Positions 10,353 through 24,443 of a DNA stretch of 64,000 nt are shown piece by piece. Origin of the DNA: Mobula hypostoma (taxonomy: Eukaryota); assembly GCF_963921235.1 (NCBI RefSeq), contig NC_086106.1, forward strand, positions 19,778,001-19,842,000. The letters are read 5' to 3'. Positions within the stretch are counted from its first letter, which is position 1; each line of letters begins with the position of its first letter. Under the pieces are notes generated by a model. The model was not told the DNA's origin. It ran no database searches and was given only the letters and a program-made list of their open reading frames with translations. Both the position numbers and the translations under genes were made by a program.

Positions 10353-11270
10353 ATGGAACAGCCCCTGACACCAGACAAATTAGACCTCGATCTGCAAATG
10401 CCTGACGCTGGAAACGCTTTCGAACTCTGGCTGGCCTGCTTCGAAGCGTATCTAGAGGAGATTAAAGCGACCAACTCCGTAGCGAAGCGCAGAGTTCTAC
10501 TCTCCAGGGTCAGTCCACGGGTTTATTCGCTGATCAGAGACCAGCCGAACTACGACGGCGCGACGAACGCACTCAAAAGACAATACCTGCGGCCGATAAA
10601 CAGCGTCTATGCTTGGCATCGCTTAGTGACATGGCAACAATGGTCCGGGGAATCGAGTGCTGAGTTTGTCCGGGCCCTACAGACACTCGTGCGGGCCTGC
10701 ATTGCCAGGAGCTGACGGCGGCGCAGCATGCAGAGCTCCTAGTGAGAGACGCCTTCGTTACGGGGACCAGGTCAGTGTAGTGCGCCAGCGGCTGCTGGAA
10801 AAAGCCGATCTGACCCTAAGTTCGGCGATCGAGCTGGCTGATACGTTGGAGGCCGCTCTGCATAACTCCGAGGCTCTCCAGGCACGCGATCCCCCAATGG
10901 CCTCGTGGGCGCCGCAGACCCCGCAACCCGCCGGCGAATCGACCTCGGCTGCAGCCAGTCGTGAGTCCACGAAGTGCTACTTCTGCGGACTGGAGAAGCA
11001 CCCCTGGAAACGCTGCGCGGCCCGACAAGCTACCTGTTCCAGCTGCGGAAAGAAGGGCCACTTCGCCAAGGTCTGTAAGTCAAAACCGCGAGCGGGATCA
11101 AGCAGCGCCGCGTGCGAGACGTGGGGGTCGCCATCTTCCCTGCACACTGCCACCACGTGCGAGACATGGGGGCCGCCATCTTGGTTGGCGCCACCTCCCA
11201 CTGCCTACGACCAACGGGTGCTCACGGGCCACCGCACCGTGCCGGACCAAGACAGCGACCCCCACCCTGG
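10353..11270 (+). pseudogene. gag: Gypsy gag with zinc knuckle, frameshifted
   Basis: MEQPLTPDKLDLDLQ...; two apparent 1-nt frameshifts near 10700 and 10780; RQRLLE motif and CSSCGKKGHFAKVC knuckle. Confidence 0.85.
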
Positions 11271-14227
11271 CTTCCGTGACCCTCGGCCAGAGCGATCCCC
11301 ACCAGCTCGCAAGGTCAATGATGGACATCCTGGTGGAGGGGCACAGGACAAGCTGCCTGTTTGACACAGGCAGCACAGAGAGTTTTATCCACCCGGCCAC
11401 GGTGCAGCATTGTGGACTCATGTTACGGCCGGTAAGTCGGAGGGTCACCATGGCCTCCAGGTCGCATACAACAGACATCCGGGGGGGTTGTGTAGCGACA
11501 CTAGTGGTGCAGGGCACAGAATATCGGGACTTTACGTTACTAGTCTTGCCTCAACTGTGTGCCCCTGTGCTGTTGGGGTTCGACTTCCAGATACACCTGA
11601 AAAGCGTGACAATGAAGTATGATGGGCCCCTCCCGCTAATTACTGTTATAAATCCCCTGTTTTGTAGAGATATGTCACATATCCCGCTACTGACCACACA
11701 CACACACCGACCCGCGCATCCCACCCAACATCATGCCAACTGCCACACTACCGACACCACTTGCGGCCTCTCCACCCTCAGGATCCCTCCCCCACCGCTG
11801 TTCGCCAACCTGACCCCCGACTGTAAACCTGTGGCAACTAAAAGCAGGAGGTACAGCGCGGGGGACAGAGCCTTCATTAAGTCGGAGGTGCAGCGGCTGC
11901 TCAGGGAGGGGGTCATTGAGGCAAGCACAAGTCCTTGGAGGGCGCAGGTGGTCGTTGTTCAGAACGGGGAGAAAAATAGGATGGTCGTGGACTATAGCCA
12001 GACCATCAATAGGTTCACGCAGCTCGACGCGTACCCTCTATCCCGCATCGCGGATATGGTCAATCAGATAGCACAGTACAAGGTGTACTCGACCACAGAC
12101 CTAAAATCCGCTTACCATCAGCTCCCCATCCACCGGGAGGACCGCCCTTACACTGCCTTCGAGGCGGACGGCAGGCTTTATCAATTCCTGCGCGTCCCCT
12201 TTGGTGTCACGAATGGTGTATCTGTCTTCCAGAGGGCAATGGACCAGATGGTGGACCAGTGCCAACTGAAGGCCACGTTCCCATATCTGGATAACATCAC
12301 CATCTGCGGTCACGACCAGCAGGATCACGACAACAACCTCCAAAAATTTCCCCAAGCGGCCAAATCTTTCAACCTCACCTATAACAAGGACAAGTATGTA
12401 TTTGGGACCACCTGACTTGCTATCCTTGGGTGTGTCGTGGAGAATGGAGTCATTGGCCCAGACCCCGACCGTATGCGCCCCCTGTTGGAACTCCCTCTTC
12501 CCAATACCCTCAGAGCCCTCAAAAGGTGCCTGGGCTTCTTTTCATATTACGCCCAATGGGTCTCTAACTATGCAGACAAGGCCCGCCCCCTGGTCAAGTC
12601 CACCACATTCCCCCTCTCTGCCGAGGTCCACACGGCCTTCAGCCGCATAAAAGAGGACATTGCCAAAGCAGCAATGCATGCGGTGGATGAGGCCATTCCC
12701 TTCCAAGTAGAGAGTGACGCCTCCGACTTTGCGCTGGCTGCTACCCTCAACCAGGCAGGAAGACCAGTGGCGTTCTTCTCCCGTACCCTTCAAGGCCCTG
12801 AAATTCAGCACTCTGCGGTAGAGAAAGAGGCCCAGGCCATAGTGGAAGCTATAAGGCGCTGGAGGCACTATTTTGCCGGCAAAAGGTTCACCCTGCTAAC
12901 TGACCAGCGCTCAGTCGCGTTCATGTTTAATAATCAGCAGCGGAGCAAAATCAAAAATGATAAAATTCTGAGGTGGAGAATCGAACTCTCCACCGACAAC
13001 TATGACATCATGTACAGGCCTGGGAAGCTCAACGAGCCCTCCGATGCCCTATCCCGGGGAACATGTGCCAGCACGCAGATCGACCGGCTAGACGCCCTAC
13101 ATGTAGACCTTTGCCACCCGGGAGTCACCCGGCTTTTCCACTTCGTGAAAGCCCGGAACCTGCCTTACTCCCTTGAGGAGATCAGGATGATGACCAGGGA
13201 CTGCCAAGTCTGCGCAGAGTGCAAACCACACTTCCACCGACCCGAAAAGGTACCACTCATCAAGGCCACCCAACCCTTTGAGCGACTGAGTGTCGACTTT
13301 AAGGGCCTCCTTCCCTCCACCGACCGCAATGTGTACTTTCTTAACGTAATTGACGAGTACTCGCGGTTCCCCTTCGCCATCCCCTACCCCGACACCACTA
13401 CCACGTCAGTTATAAAAGCCCTGCGCAAGCTCTTCACTCTGTTCGGATACCCATGCTATATCCACAGTGACAGAGGGTCCTCGTTTATGAGTGATGAGCT
13501 GCGCCGATATCTACTGGCTAGGGGAATTGCAACCAGTAGGACCACGAGCTATAATCCCCGGGGGAATGGACAGGTAGAGAAGGAGAATGCCACGGTGTGG
13601 AAGGCCACACTCTTAGCCCTCAGGTCAAAGGGACTGCCGGTCTCCCGCTGGCAGGAGGTCCTTCCCGAGGCACTCCACTCCATCCACTCCCTGTTATGCA
13701 CGTCCACCAATGCCACCCCTCATGAGCGGCTCTTTTCATTTCCCAGAAAGTCGACCACTGGGACCACCCTACCAACTTGGCTGACGACCCCGGGGCCAGT
13801 GCTGCTTCGGAAACATGCGAGGAGCAATAAATACTCCCCGATGATCGAGAGGTTTCACTTACTTCATGCGAACCCCCAGTATGCCTACGTGGTTTTACCT
13901 GATGGGTGGGAGGACACGGTCTCCATCTGCGACCTGGCGCGTGCAGGAGCTCCGGGCCCCTACCCTGAACACTCCGTGGTGACTATTGACCCTGTACCCA
14001 CCAATGTATGTACCTACAAGACACCGTGCACCCCAAACCCTATACAGACACCACACGACACTCCCATACCGGGCGCGACGCACACGCATGAGGGATTACC
14101 GACGCCTAACGTGCTGGCACCTGAAGTCAGGCCGGAGCCAGCACAACCACCATCGCCGGTGCAATCACCACCGGTGCTACGTAGATCACAGCGACGGACT
14201 CGACCGCCTGATAGACTTAACCTGTAA
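11270..14227 (+). pseudogene. pol: Gypsy pol (protease, RT, RNase H, integrase) with one in-frame stop at 12413-12415
   Basis: LFDTGS protease; RMVVDY, DLKSAYHQ, VPFG and YLDN RT motifs; ESDASD RNase H; HHCC and D-D-E (SVDFKG, HSDRG, NGQVE) integrase. ORFs 10961-12415 and 12437-14227 share one frame. Confidence 0.92.
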
Positions 14228-14295
14228 ATATACTTCTTGTAAATATTGTCAGTCACTTCACCCCACTGGACTCTTTTTAAAAAAGGAGGGGTGAA

Positions 14296-14524
14296 TGTGG
14301 TAAACCATGTATATATGTTGTAACTCGGTTACCTGTCTGGACACACCCCTCTGCTGACTGCCCCTGTGGCTCCTCCCACAGAGTCCTGTATAAAGGTGTT
14401 TGCCTTGCCCCTCCCCCTCAGTCCGGGGGCAGACACTCACTGTGGAGGTCGTATTGTACAGCGTATAAAAGCCTTTCAGTATTTTACCAAACCTCAGTCT
14501 TTTGGAGTAATTGAAGGTGCTTCA
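14296..14524 (+). repeat. 3' LTR (229 bp)
   Basis: Direct repeat of 10077-10326, preceded by the PPT and followed by TSD cagtg. Confidence 0.95.
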
Positions 14525-16824
14525 CAGTGTATGTCAATGATTTGGACTATGGGTTTGGACTAGTGTTGAGGAAACAGACAGCCTGCAGAGAGATTTAGAT
14601 AGTTTAGGTTTAGGGGAATGGGCAGAGAAGTGACCAATGAAATACAATGTTGGAAATTGTGTGGTCATGCACTTTGGTGGAAGAAATAAACGGGCAGGCT
14701 ATTACTTAGATGGGGAGAGAATTCAAAATGCAGAAATGTAAAAGGACTTGGCAATCCTTGAGCAGGATACCCGAAAGGTTAACCTCCAGGGTGAGTCGGT
14801 GGTGAAGAAGGTAAATGCAATGTTGGCATTCATTTCTAGAGGTATAGAATATAAGAGCAGGGATGTGATGTTGAGGCTCTATTAGGCATTTGTGAGACCA
14901 CACTTAGAGTATTGTGTGCCGTATTGGGCTCCTTATCTTAGCAAGTAAATACTGCCATTGGGGAGAGTTCAGAGAAGATTCACGAGAATGATTCCAGGAA
15001 TGAAAGGCTTACCGTATGAGGAACGTCTGGCAGTTCTTGGGCTGTATTCCCTGGCGTTCAGGAGAATAAGGGGCGATCTCATAGAAACATTCTGAATGTT
15101 AAAAGGCCTGAAAAGATTAGATATGGCAAAGTCATTTCCCATGGTAGGGGAGTCTAGGACAAGAGGGCATGATTTCAGGATTGATGAACGTCCATTTAGA
15201 ACAGAGATGCGGAGAAATGACTTTAGTCAGAAGATGGTAAATCTGTGGAATATGTTCCCACAAGTGGCTGTGGAGGCCAAGTCATTGGGTGAATTTACGT
15301 CAGAGATAGATAAGTTCTTGATTAGCCAGGGCATCAAAGGGCATGGGAAGAAGGCAGGGGAGTGGGGATGACTAGATCAGCCCATAATTGAATGGCGGAG
15401 CAGTCTTTATGGGCAAAATAGCTTACTTCTGCTCCTGTATCTTATGGTCTTATGGTCATATAAACAGAATCCAGGAAATTGTAAGCCGGTGAGTCTGACA
15501 TCAGTTGTGGAAAAATTATTGGAAGCTATTCTATGGGACCGGATACATGAGTATTTGGATTGATATGGACTGATTAAGGATAGTCAGCATGGTTTTGTGC
15601 ATGTAGGGCACATCTAACTAATCTTATGGAGGTTATTGAGGAAGTTACTAGGAATGTTAATGAAGACAAGGCAGTGGATGTTGTCTACATGCACTTTAGT
15701 AAGGTACGTGACAAAGTACCACATGGGAGGCTGGTCGAGAAGGTTCCTTCGCTTGGCATTCAAGATGAGGCAATAAATTGGATTTGTGGAAGAAGCCAGA
15801 GTGTGGTGGTAGATGGTTGCCTCTGGAGACCTGTGACTAGCGGAGTGCCACAGGGAATGGTGCTGGGTCCATTGTTTGTTAACTTTGTCAATGATCTGGA
15901 TGATAAAATGGTTAATTGGATCAGCAAATTTCTGTTGACACCAAGATTGGAGGTGTAGTGTCCAGCAAGGAAGGCTATCGTGGCTTGCAGAGCGATCTGC
16001 ATCAGGTGGAAAAATTGAATGAAAAATAGGAAATAGGAAATGGAATTTAATGCAAACAAGTGTAAGGTTTTGCACTTCAGGACGAACATCCAGGGTAGGT
16101 TTTACACAGTGAATGTTAGGACACTGAGGAGTGTGGTAGAACAAAGGGATCTGGGAGTACAGATACATAATTCATTGGAAGTGGTGTCACGGGTAGATAG
16201 GATCATGAAAGCTGCTAGCAAATTGGACTTCATAAATAAATGTATTGAGTACACGAGGTGGGATGCTGTGCTCCGTGCCTGCTAATATGATGAACTGATA
16301 AGTGAGGCTTTGGGCCTGCTCCAGGCTGCTCTAGGGTTCAAACCTGCAGACTCAGTTTTGGTTTGGAATGTTGTTGTTTGCTACAATTACATGCATGCTT
16401 TGCATTTTGTTTTCTTTCTCTTGTGCACTGGATGTAGTCTTTTATTTTTTTTAAATGAGTTCTCTCGGGTTTCTTGGTTGTGGCTACCTGTGAGAAAGCT
16501 AATCTCAAGACTGTACAATAATGAATTCTTCGATAATAAATGTACTTGATTATTGAACCTGAACTTGAATGTTCTGTTGAAGTTGTCTAAGACATTAGTG
16601 AGACCTAATTTGGAGTATTGTATGCAGTTTTGGTCAGCTACTTACAGGAAAAATGTAAATTAGGTTGAAAGAGTGCAAAGAAAATTTACAAGGATGTTGC
16701 CGAGTCTGAAGGACCTGAGTTATAGGGAAAGATTGAATAGGTTAGGACTGTATTCTTTGGAATATAGAAGGTTGAGAGGAGATTTGATAGAGGTGTACTA
16801 AATTAGCAGGGGTATAGATAGGGT

Positions 16825-17043
16825 CGGCTGGCTGGTGGCGTAGTGGCATCAGCGCCAGACTTCGAAGCGAAGGCTCCCAAGTTTCAATCCAGCCAACTCC
16901 CTTGCAGGCTTTCGATCCATGCCGGGTTGAGCGTCAAACTAGCAACTCGGCCTTGAAAAAATAAGAAAGCCTGCTAAAAAGATGCCATCGTAACAGCATC
17001 CCGATGACACCACTCAGAGTTAAGGGCTTTCTTCTTCTTCTTC
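16825..17043 (+). mobile_element. tRNA-derived SINE (copies at 28329-28550 and 40996-41207)
   Basis: A-box-like tggcgtagtgg, B-box-like gttcaaatcc (clearest in copy 2), (ttc)n tail, 11-bp TSD atagatagggt; inserted in a CR1 fragment. Confidence 0.85.
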
Positions 17044-18255
17044 ATAGATAGGGTAAATTCAAGCAGGCTCTTTCCACTAAGGTTGGGTGAAACTACAACC
17101 AGAGGTCATGGGTTGAGGTGAAAGGTGAAAAGTTTAACGGGATCACGAGGGCAAACTTCTTCACTCATAAGGTCATGAGAGAGTGGAACGAGCTGCCAGT
17201 GCAAGTGGTGCATGCGAGCTCAAATTTCAACACTTAAAAGAAGTTTGGATAGGTACTTGGATAGTAGGGATACGGAAGGCTAAGATCCTGGCGTAAGTCC
17301 ATGGAAATAGGCAGTTTAAATAATTTTGGCACAGACTAGATGGGCCGAAGGGCCTGTTTATATGCTGTACTTCTCTATGACTCTCTCACTTTGCTGCAAA
17401 TCCCTCATATGAAAATGCTCTGTCCCTCTGCCGTTCAACGTAATCCCAGCCTCTGATCAGTGCCTCAGTTGTGACTGAATTTCCAGCACAGCAGCTCTCC
17501 CTCTGCTCCTGTGTGGGAATATTCAGCCTGAACAATGTGTAGAAGCCTCTCGAGGGCGGCTTGAACACACAACATTCTGAAAACGCAGCTGGAAATTTCA
17601 GTTACGAGTTTCCAAAATGATTAAGATTCTTAGGATACACAGTGACTTGGCTGATTGCATTCAGAATAGGCTTGCCCATTGAGGACAGAAGGTAGTGATC
17701 GATAGGTCCTAATCTGGAGAATAGTTCGTGTCCAGTGGTGCTCAGCAGAGGGATGTAATGGGAAAGTCTGCAGTTTGTGCTACATGTAACCTGAATGAAA
17801 ATGTGGATGGCTTGGTTAATGAGTGTGCAGAGGATACAAAGATTGTGGCAATGAATTCCCCAGATTCAATATCCACTTGGCTAAAGAAATTCATCCTCAT
17901 ATCTGTTTTAATGGCATGCAGTTGTGACCTCCGGTCGTAGATACCACAACGACAGTACATATAATCTCCATGTCCACTTTATCTTGGCCTTTCAATAATC
18001 AATAGGGTTCAAAGAGATTTTTAAGGCTCAGAGACATCAAACATTCCTCATAAATTAACCGCTTCATTCCCAGAATTATTCATGTGAACTTCCTCCGGAC
18101 CCTCCCCAATGCCAGCACATCCTTTCTTAGATAAATAGCCCAAAACTGTTCACAATGCTCCACGTGGTCAGTAAGACCAATGCCTTTCAGAGCCTCAGCT
18201 TTATAACATTATTCTTATAATGGTGGCCCTATTATAGGAAGGATGTGTAGGCCTT

Positions 18256-21200
18256 GGCAAGGAAAGCACAGGAGCACTGTCAGGCCTGCTTTGGTTCGGT
18301 GGACTGGACTGCATTCAGGGATTCACCTTTGATTTTGGATGAGCATGCTGCAGATGTTACTGACTTCATTAAACCTGTGTGGATGAGTGTGTGCCTGCAA
18401 AAACCTGCTGTACATTCCCAAACCAAATGCCCTCGATGAACCAGGAGGTCCATCATCTGCTAAAGGCTAGATCTGTGGCATTTAAGTCTGGTGACCTAGG
18501 TCTGTACAAAAAATCCAGATATGATTTGCGGAGGGCTATTCCTAGAGCGAAGAATCAATTTCAGTTGGAGGCGACATCCAGTGAGTGTCAACTCTGGCAG
18601 GTTTGCAGGATATTAATTCCTTACAAAGCAAAACCCAATAGCATGAATCGCAGGGATACTTCACCACCAGATGAATTCAATGCCTTCTATGCCCATTTTG
18701 AAAGGGAGAATATAACTGCAGCTGTGAACATCCCTGTTGCACCTGGTGACGCTGTGATCTCTGTCTCAGAGGCCGATGTTAGGCTGTCTTGAAAGAGGGT
18801 GAACCCTCATAAGGTGGCAGAGCCAATGCAGTATCTGGTAAGGCTTTGAAAATTTGTGCCAAACAACTGGCGGGAGTATTCAAGGACAACTTCAATCTGT
18901 CACTGCTATGGTCAGAAGTTCCCACCTGCTTCAAAAAGGAAACAATTATACCAGTGCCTAAGAAGAATAATGTGAGCTGCCTTAATGACTATCGACCAGT
19001 AGCACTCACATCCACATTAATGAAATGCTTGGAGAGTTTAGTCATGGCTAGAATCAATTCTCGCCTCAGCAAGGACGTGGAGTCACTGGAATTTGCCTAT
19101 TGCCACACAAGGTCTGCAGCAGATGTGACCACAATGGCTCTTCACACAGACTGAGACCACCTGATCAATACAAACACCTATGTCAGGATGCTGTTCGTTG
19201 ACTATAGCTCAGCATTCCAACAGTACTGATCGATATGCCACAGAACCTAGGCCTCTGTATCTCCCTCTGCAATTAGATCCTTGACTTCCCAACAGAAAGA
19301 CCATAATCTGTTCAGATTGATGATAATATCTCCTCCTCGCTGATGATCAATACTGGTGCACCTTAGCCCAATGCTCTACTCCCTCTACAACCATGACTGT
19401 GAGGCTAGGTATAGCTCAAATACCATCTATAAATTTACTGATGATACAACCATTGTTGGTAGAACCTCAGATGGAGACAAAAGGGCCTACTGGAGCGAGG
19501 TATGCTAACTAGTGGAGTGGTGTTGCAGCAACAAACTTGCTCTCAAAGTCAGCAAGAAAAAGAGCTGATTGTGGACTTCTGGAGGTGTAAGAAGAAGGAA
19601 CACATACCAATCCTCATAGAGGGATTGAAAGTGGAAAGAGGGAGCAATTTCAAGTTTCTGGCTGTCAAGATCTCTGCGCATCTAACCAGGTCCCAACATA
19701 TCGATGCAGCTTTGAAAAAGGCAAGACAGTGACTATATTTCATTAAGAGTTTGAAGAGATTTGGCTTGTCAGCTAAAACACTCAAAAACTTCGATAGATG
19801 TACCATGGAGAGTATTCTGACAGGCTGCATCACTGTTTAGTTTGGGGGTGCTACAGCACAGGACCGAAAGAAGCTACAGAAAGTTGTAAAAGTTCCCTCA
19901 TGGTACTATCCTCGGTTGTATCCAAGACATCTTCAAGGAGCAGTGCTTCAGGAAGATAGATAGTTAGCTAGATAGATAGGAACACAGAAACATAGACAAC
20001 CTACAGCAAACTACAGGCCCTTCGGCCCACAATGCTGTGGGGAACATGCCCTTACTTTGGGAATGACCTATTTTTTGAGCCCTCTATTTTTCTGAGCTCC
20101 ATGTACCCATCCAGGAGTCCCTTAAAAGACCCTATTGTATCCGCCTCCACCACCACTCCCGGCAACCCATTCCACACACATCACTCTCAGCATAAAAAAC
20201 TTACCACAACATCTCCTCTGTACCTACTTCCAAGCACCTTAAACCTGTGCCCTCTCATGTTAGGCATTTCAGCCCTGGGAAAAAGCCTCTGACTATCCAT
20301 ACAATCAATGCCTCTCATCATCTTATACACCTCTATCAGGTCAACTCTCATCCTCCGTCCTCCAAGGAGAAAAGGCCAAATTCGCTCAATCTATTCCCAT
20401 AAGGCATGCTTCCCAATCCAGGCAATATTCTAGTCCATCTCCTCTGCACTCTTTCTATGGTTTCCGCATCTTTCCTGTAGCGAGGCGACCAGAACTGAGC
20501 ACAGTACTCCAAGTGGGGTCTGACCAGGATCATATATAGCTGCGAAATTACCTCTCGGCTCCTAAACTCATTCCCACGGTTGATGAAGGCCAATGCACCA
20601 TATGCTTTCTTAACCACAGAGTCAACCTGTGTAGCAGCTTTGAGTGTCCTATTGACTCAGATTCCAAACTTCCTCTGATCCTCTACACAGCCAAGAGTCT
20701 TACTATTAATACTACATTCTGCCATCATATTTGACCTTCCAAATTGAACCACCCATCACTTATCTGAGTAAAACTCCATCTGGCACTTCTCAGCCCAGTT
20801 TTGCATCCTATCGATATGCCGCTGTAAGCTCTGACAGCCCTCCACACTATCCACAACAGCCCCAACCTTTGTGTCATCAGCAAATTTACTAACCCATTCC
20901 TCCACTTCTTCATCCAGGTCACTTATAAAAATTACTAGGTAAAGGGGTCCCAGAACAGATTCCTGAGGCACATCACTGGTCACGGACATCCATGCAGACT
21001 ATGAACCGTCCACAACCACTCTTTGCCTTCTGTGGGAAATAGAACATAGAACATAGAACATAGAACAGTACAGCACACTACAGGCCCTTTGGCCCACAAT
21101 GTTGTGCCGACCCTTAAACACTGCCTCCCATATAGCCCCCCACCTTGAATTCCGAATCCACAAAGCAATGTCCACTTGGATCCCATGCCTCTCTACTTTC

Positions 21201-23880
21201 TCAATAAGCCTTGCATAGGGTACCTTATCAAATGCCTAACTGAAATCCATATACACTACATCTACTGCTCTACCTTCATCAATATCTTTAGTCATATCCT
21301 CAAAAAATTCAAACAGGCTCGTAAGGCACGACCTGCCTTTGACAAAGCCATACCTGACTATTCCTAATTCTATTATGCCTCACCAAACGTTCACAAATCC
21401 TGCCTATCAGGATCTTTTCCATCAACTTACCAACCACTGAGGTAAGACTCACTGGTCTATAATTTCCTGGGCTATTTCCACCCCCTTTCTTGAATATGGG
21501 AACAACGTCCACAACCCTCCAATCCTCTGGAACCTCTTCCGACTCCATTGATAATGCAAATATCATTGCCAGAGGCTTAGCATTCTCCTCCGTCATCTCC
21601 CACTGTAGCCTGGGGTACACCTCGACCGGTCCAGGTGACTTATCCAACTTGATGCTTTCCAAAAGCTCCAGCACATCCTCTTTCTTCATAGCTATATGCT
21701 CAAGATTTTTACTCGCTGTAAGTTATCCCTACAATCACCATAATCCTTACCCGTAGTGAATACTGAAGCAAAGTATTCATTAAGTACCTCTGCTATCTCC
21801 TCCGGTTCCATATGCACGTTTCCACTGCTGCACTTGATTGGTGCTGTAATCTCACATCATATTCTCTTGCTCTTCACATACTTGTAGAATGCCTTGGGGT
21901 TTTCCTTTATCCTGTGCACCAAGGCCTTCTCAAGGCCCCTTCTGGCTCTCTTAATTTCATTATTAAGCTCCTGCCTGCTAGCCTATATTCTTCTAGATCT
22001 CCATCATTACCTAGGTTTTTGAACCTTTCGTTGGCTTTTCTTTTCTCCTTGACCAGATTTACAACAGCCTTTGTACACCACGGTTCCTGTACCCTACAAT
22101 CTTATCCCTGTCTCATTGGAACATACCTTGGTAGAACTCCACATAATATCCCCTGAACATTTGCCACATTTCTGCCGCACATTTCTCTGAGAACATATGT
22201 TCCCAATTTATAATAGACAGATAGATAGGTACTTTATTGACCCCAAAGGAAATTACAGTGTCGCAGTAGCATTACAAGTGCACAGGTATACAAATATTAG
22301 AAGAGAAGTAGGAAAGAATAAAAAAAATTACCTCAAACAGTCTAACAGGAGGGGGTCATCACTCCCCCGACTATAGGTTGACTCATTATACTGCCTAATG
22401 GCTGAGGCCAAGAATGACCTCATAGAGCACTCTCTGGAGCAGCTCTGTAGTCTTAGTCTATTACTGAAAGTGCTCCTCTGTTCAGTCAAGGTGGCATGCA
22501 GAAGGTGAGAAACACTATCCAGAATTGCCAAGATTTTCCATCGGGTCCTTTGTTCTACCATAGCCTCCAGTGTGTCCAGTTTGACTCCTATAATAGAGCC
22601 AGCCTTTATAATCAGTTTACTGAGCGTGTTGGCAACACACTTGTTGACACCATTGCCCCAGTACACCACCACATAGAAGATTGTACTGGTGACAACAAAC
22701 TGGTAGAACATATGCAGGAGGGACCTGCATACTCCAAAGGACCTTGGTCTCCTCTGGAAGTGGAGGTGATTCTGGACCTTCCTCTACACAGCCTCTATGT
22801 CGGTGCTCCACTCGTCTGTCATACAGGTGAACCCTCAGGTACTTGTAGATCCTCACAACATCCACGTCCGCACCATCATTGGTAACAGGGAGCAGTGCAG
22901 GCTTAGTCCTCCTAAAGTCCATCACCATCTCCTTTGTCTAACTGATGTTGAGCTGCAGATGATTCAGCTTGCACCATTTGACAAGATCCTCCACCAAGGC
23001 CCTGTATTCATTCTCCCATAATCCCCTTATACACCCAACTATTGCTGAGTCAGTGAATCTTGGCAGATGACATGACTCAGTGTTATATCTAAGGTCCAAG
23101 GTAATCAGGGTAAACAGCAAGGGAACCAGTACAGTTCCCTGTGGGCCCCTAGTGCTGCTGATAACATGTCTGACACACAGCTCTTAAGCTGCACGTACTG
23201 TGGTCTGCCACTCAGGTAGTCTATTATCCAGGATACAATGGAAATGCCAATCTGAATCGAATGGAGCTTTCACCCAGCAATGAGGGCTGTATGGTATTGA
23301 GGGCACTTGAGAAATCAAACAAACATCATCCTCACACTGCTGTCCTGCTTATCCAAACGGGAGAAGGCGCTGTTCAGCAGGTAGATGACGGCATTGCAAC
23401 TCCAATGTGCTCCTGGTAGGCAAACTGCAGGGGATGAAGGACTGATCTGACCAGGAGTCAGAGGTGAGCCAGGTCCGGCCTCTCTAGGATGTGTGAGGTC
23501 ACGGCCACCTCCATTATTGAGGACCCCCATCACTCAAGATATGCCCTCTTCTCATTGTTACCATCAGGAAGGAGGTACTGAAGCCTGAAGGCACACACTC
23601 AGTGATTCAGGAACAGTTTCCTCCCCTCTGCCATACAATTCCTAAATGGACATTGAACCGATGCACACTACCTCACTTTTCGAAAATATATCTTATTTTT
23701 GCATTTCCACTACTTTTAATCTAGTTAGTATATATATATATATATATATATACACTTCCTGTAATTGATTTACTAATTTATTTTAAATTGTTTCTTTTTA
23801 TATATATTATATGGAACTGCTGTTGCTAAGCTAACAAATTTCACGACACATGCTGGTGATAATAAACCTGATTCTGATTC
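18256..23880 (+). mobile_element. Rex1/Babar-type LINE split by nested CR1 and Rex1 insertions (copy at ~31006-36570)
   Basis: RT fragments at 18256-19955 ([19 protein letters not shown]) resume at ~23500 (ccattattgaggacccccatcac) and end in ataataaacctgattctgattc; ~19960-23500 is minus-strand CR1 and Rex1-like pieces. Confidence 0.75.
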
Positions 23881-24408
23881 TTTGGAGAGGTTGCAGAAGA
23901 GGCTTATCAGGATGCTACCTGGATTAGAGGGCTTGGGTTATGAGGGGAAGTCAGACAAACTTGGCTTCTTTTCTCTGAAGTGGTAGATCCTGAAAGGAGA
24001 TTTGACAGACCTTTATAAGGTTGTCAGAGGTATAGAGTGTAGAGAGCCAGTGTCTACATTCAGTAGCAGGGGTGAAATAGCTAAAGCTAGATGGCATGCA
24101 TTTCAGGTAGGAGGGGATTTAATTCAAAGGAGATAGGCTGTGCAGGTTTTGTGCACATAGAGAGGTGGCTGGAATGTGTTGCCAGGGGTGGCATTGGTTG
24201 CAAATACAGAGATATTTCAGAGACCTTTATATGGGAACATGTTGAAGTTCATGCGGGAGGTGAAGGCTGTAGTGATGGGGAGAAGCATGGTCACAGTACG
24301 ACTGAAATGTTGTGATGCAAAGGGGCTGCAATCATAGATGTATTCTATTGTTTCTGTCCTATGAAATTTGCACGCTTCCCTCTCACTGTGTTAAGTTTGG
24401 TTTTGCAG

Positions 24409-24443
24409 TATCACCCCATCACAAGAACTCTGCAGTCACAGTA
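24409..24443 (+). other. Candidate 35-nt micro-exon, copy 2
   Basis: ttttgcag| ... |gtgagc; read-through VSPHHKNSAVTVVSLFVPVMGKGLENQ* (stop 24491). Confidence 0.4.

Larger units (their letters stand above)
10077..14524 (+). mobile_element. Full-length Ty3/Gypsy LTR retrotransposon, disabled
   Basis: TG...CA LTRs at 10077-10326 and 14296-14524; 5-bp TSD cagtg (10072-10076 and 14525-14529); PPT aaaaaaggaggggtgaa before the 3' LTR; gag-PR-RT-RH-INT order. Confidence 0.95.
9507..15457 (+). mobile_element. CR1 LINE ORF2/3' fragment fused to the CH4 end, interrupted by Gypsy (copies at 25371-26915 and 38061-39604)
   Basis: LINE frame reads VFPRTL*EASAEIAGALAEIFKAS...; RT motifs (DFQKAFDK, GVPKGSVLG); 3' tail tcttatggtcttatggtc. 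Confidence 0.85.

Noticed and set aside
14523-14529. CACAGTG heptamer at the Gypsy right end
   Set aside because: Created by the LTR CA plus the TSD; no nonamer at 12 or 23 nt.
16825-16900. tRNA gene (also 28329 and 40996)
   Set aside because: It is a tRNA-like head continuing into a SINE body with (ttc)n tail and TSD; no complete cloverleaf.
21040-21070. Short direct repeats (agaacat)n, (catagaaa)n, (attctg)n as CRISPR-like or satellite arrays
   Set aside because: They are LINE 3' tails with no spacers, and the DNA is eukaryotic.
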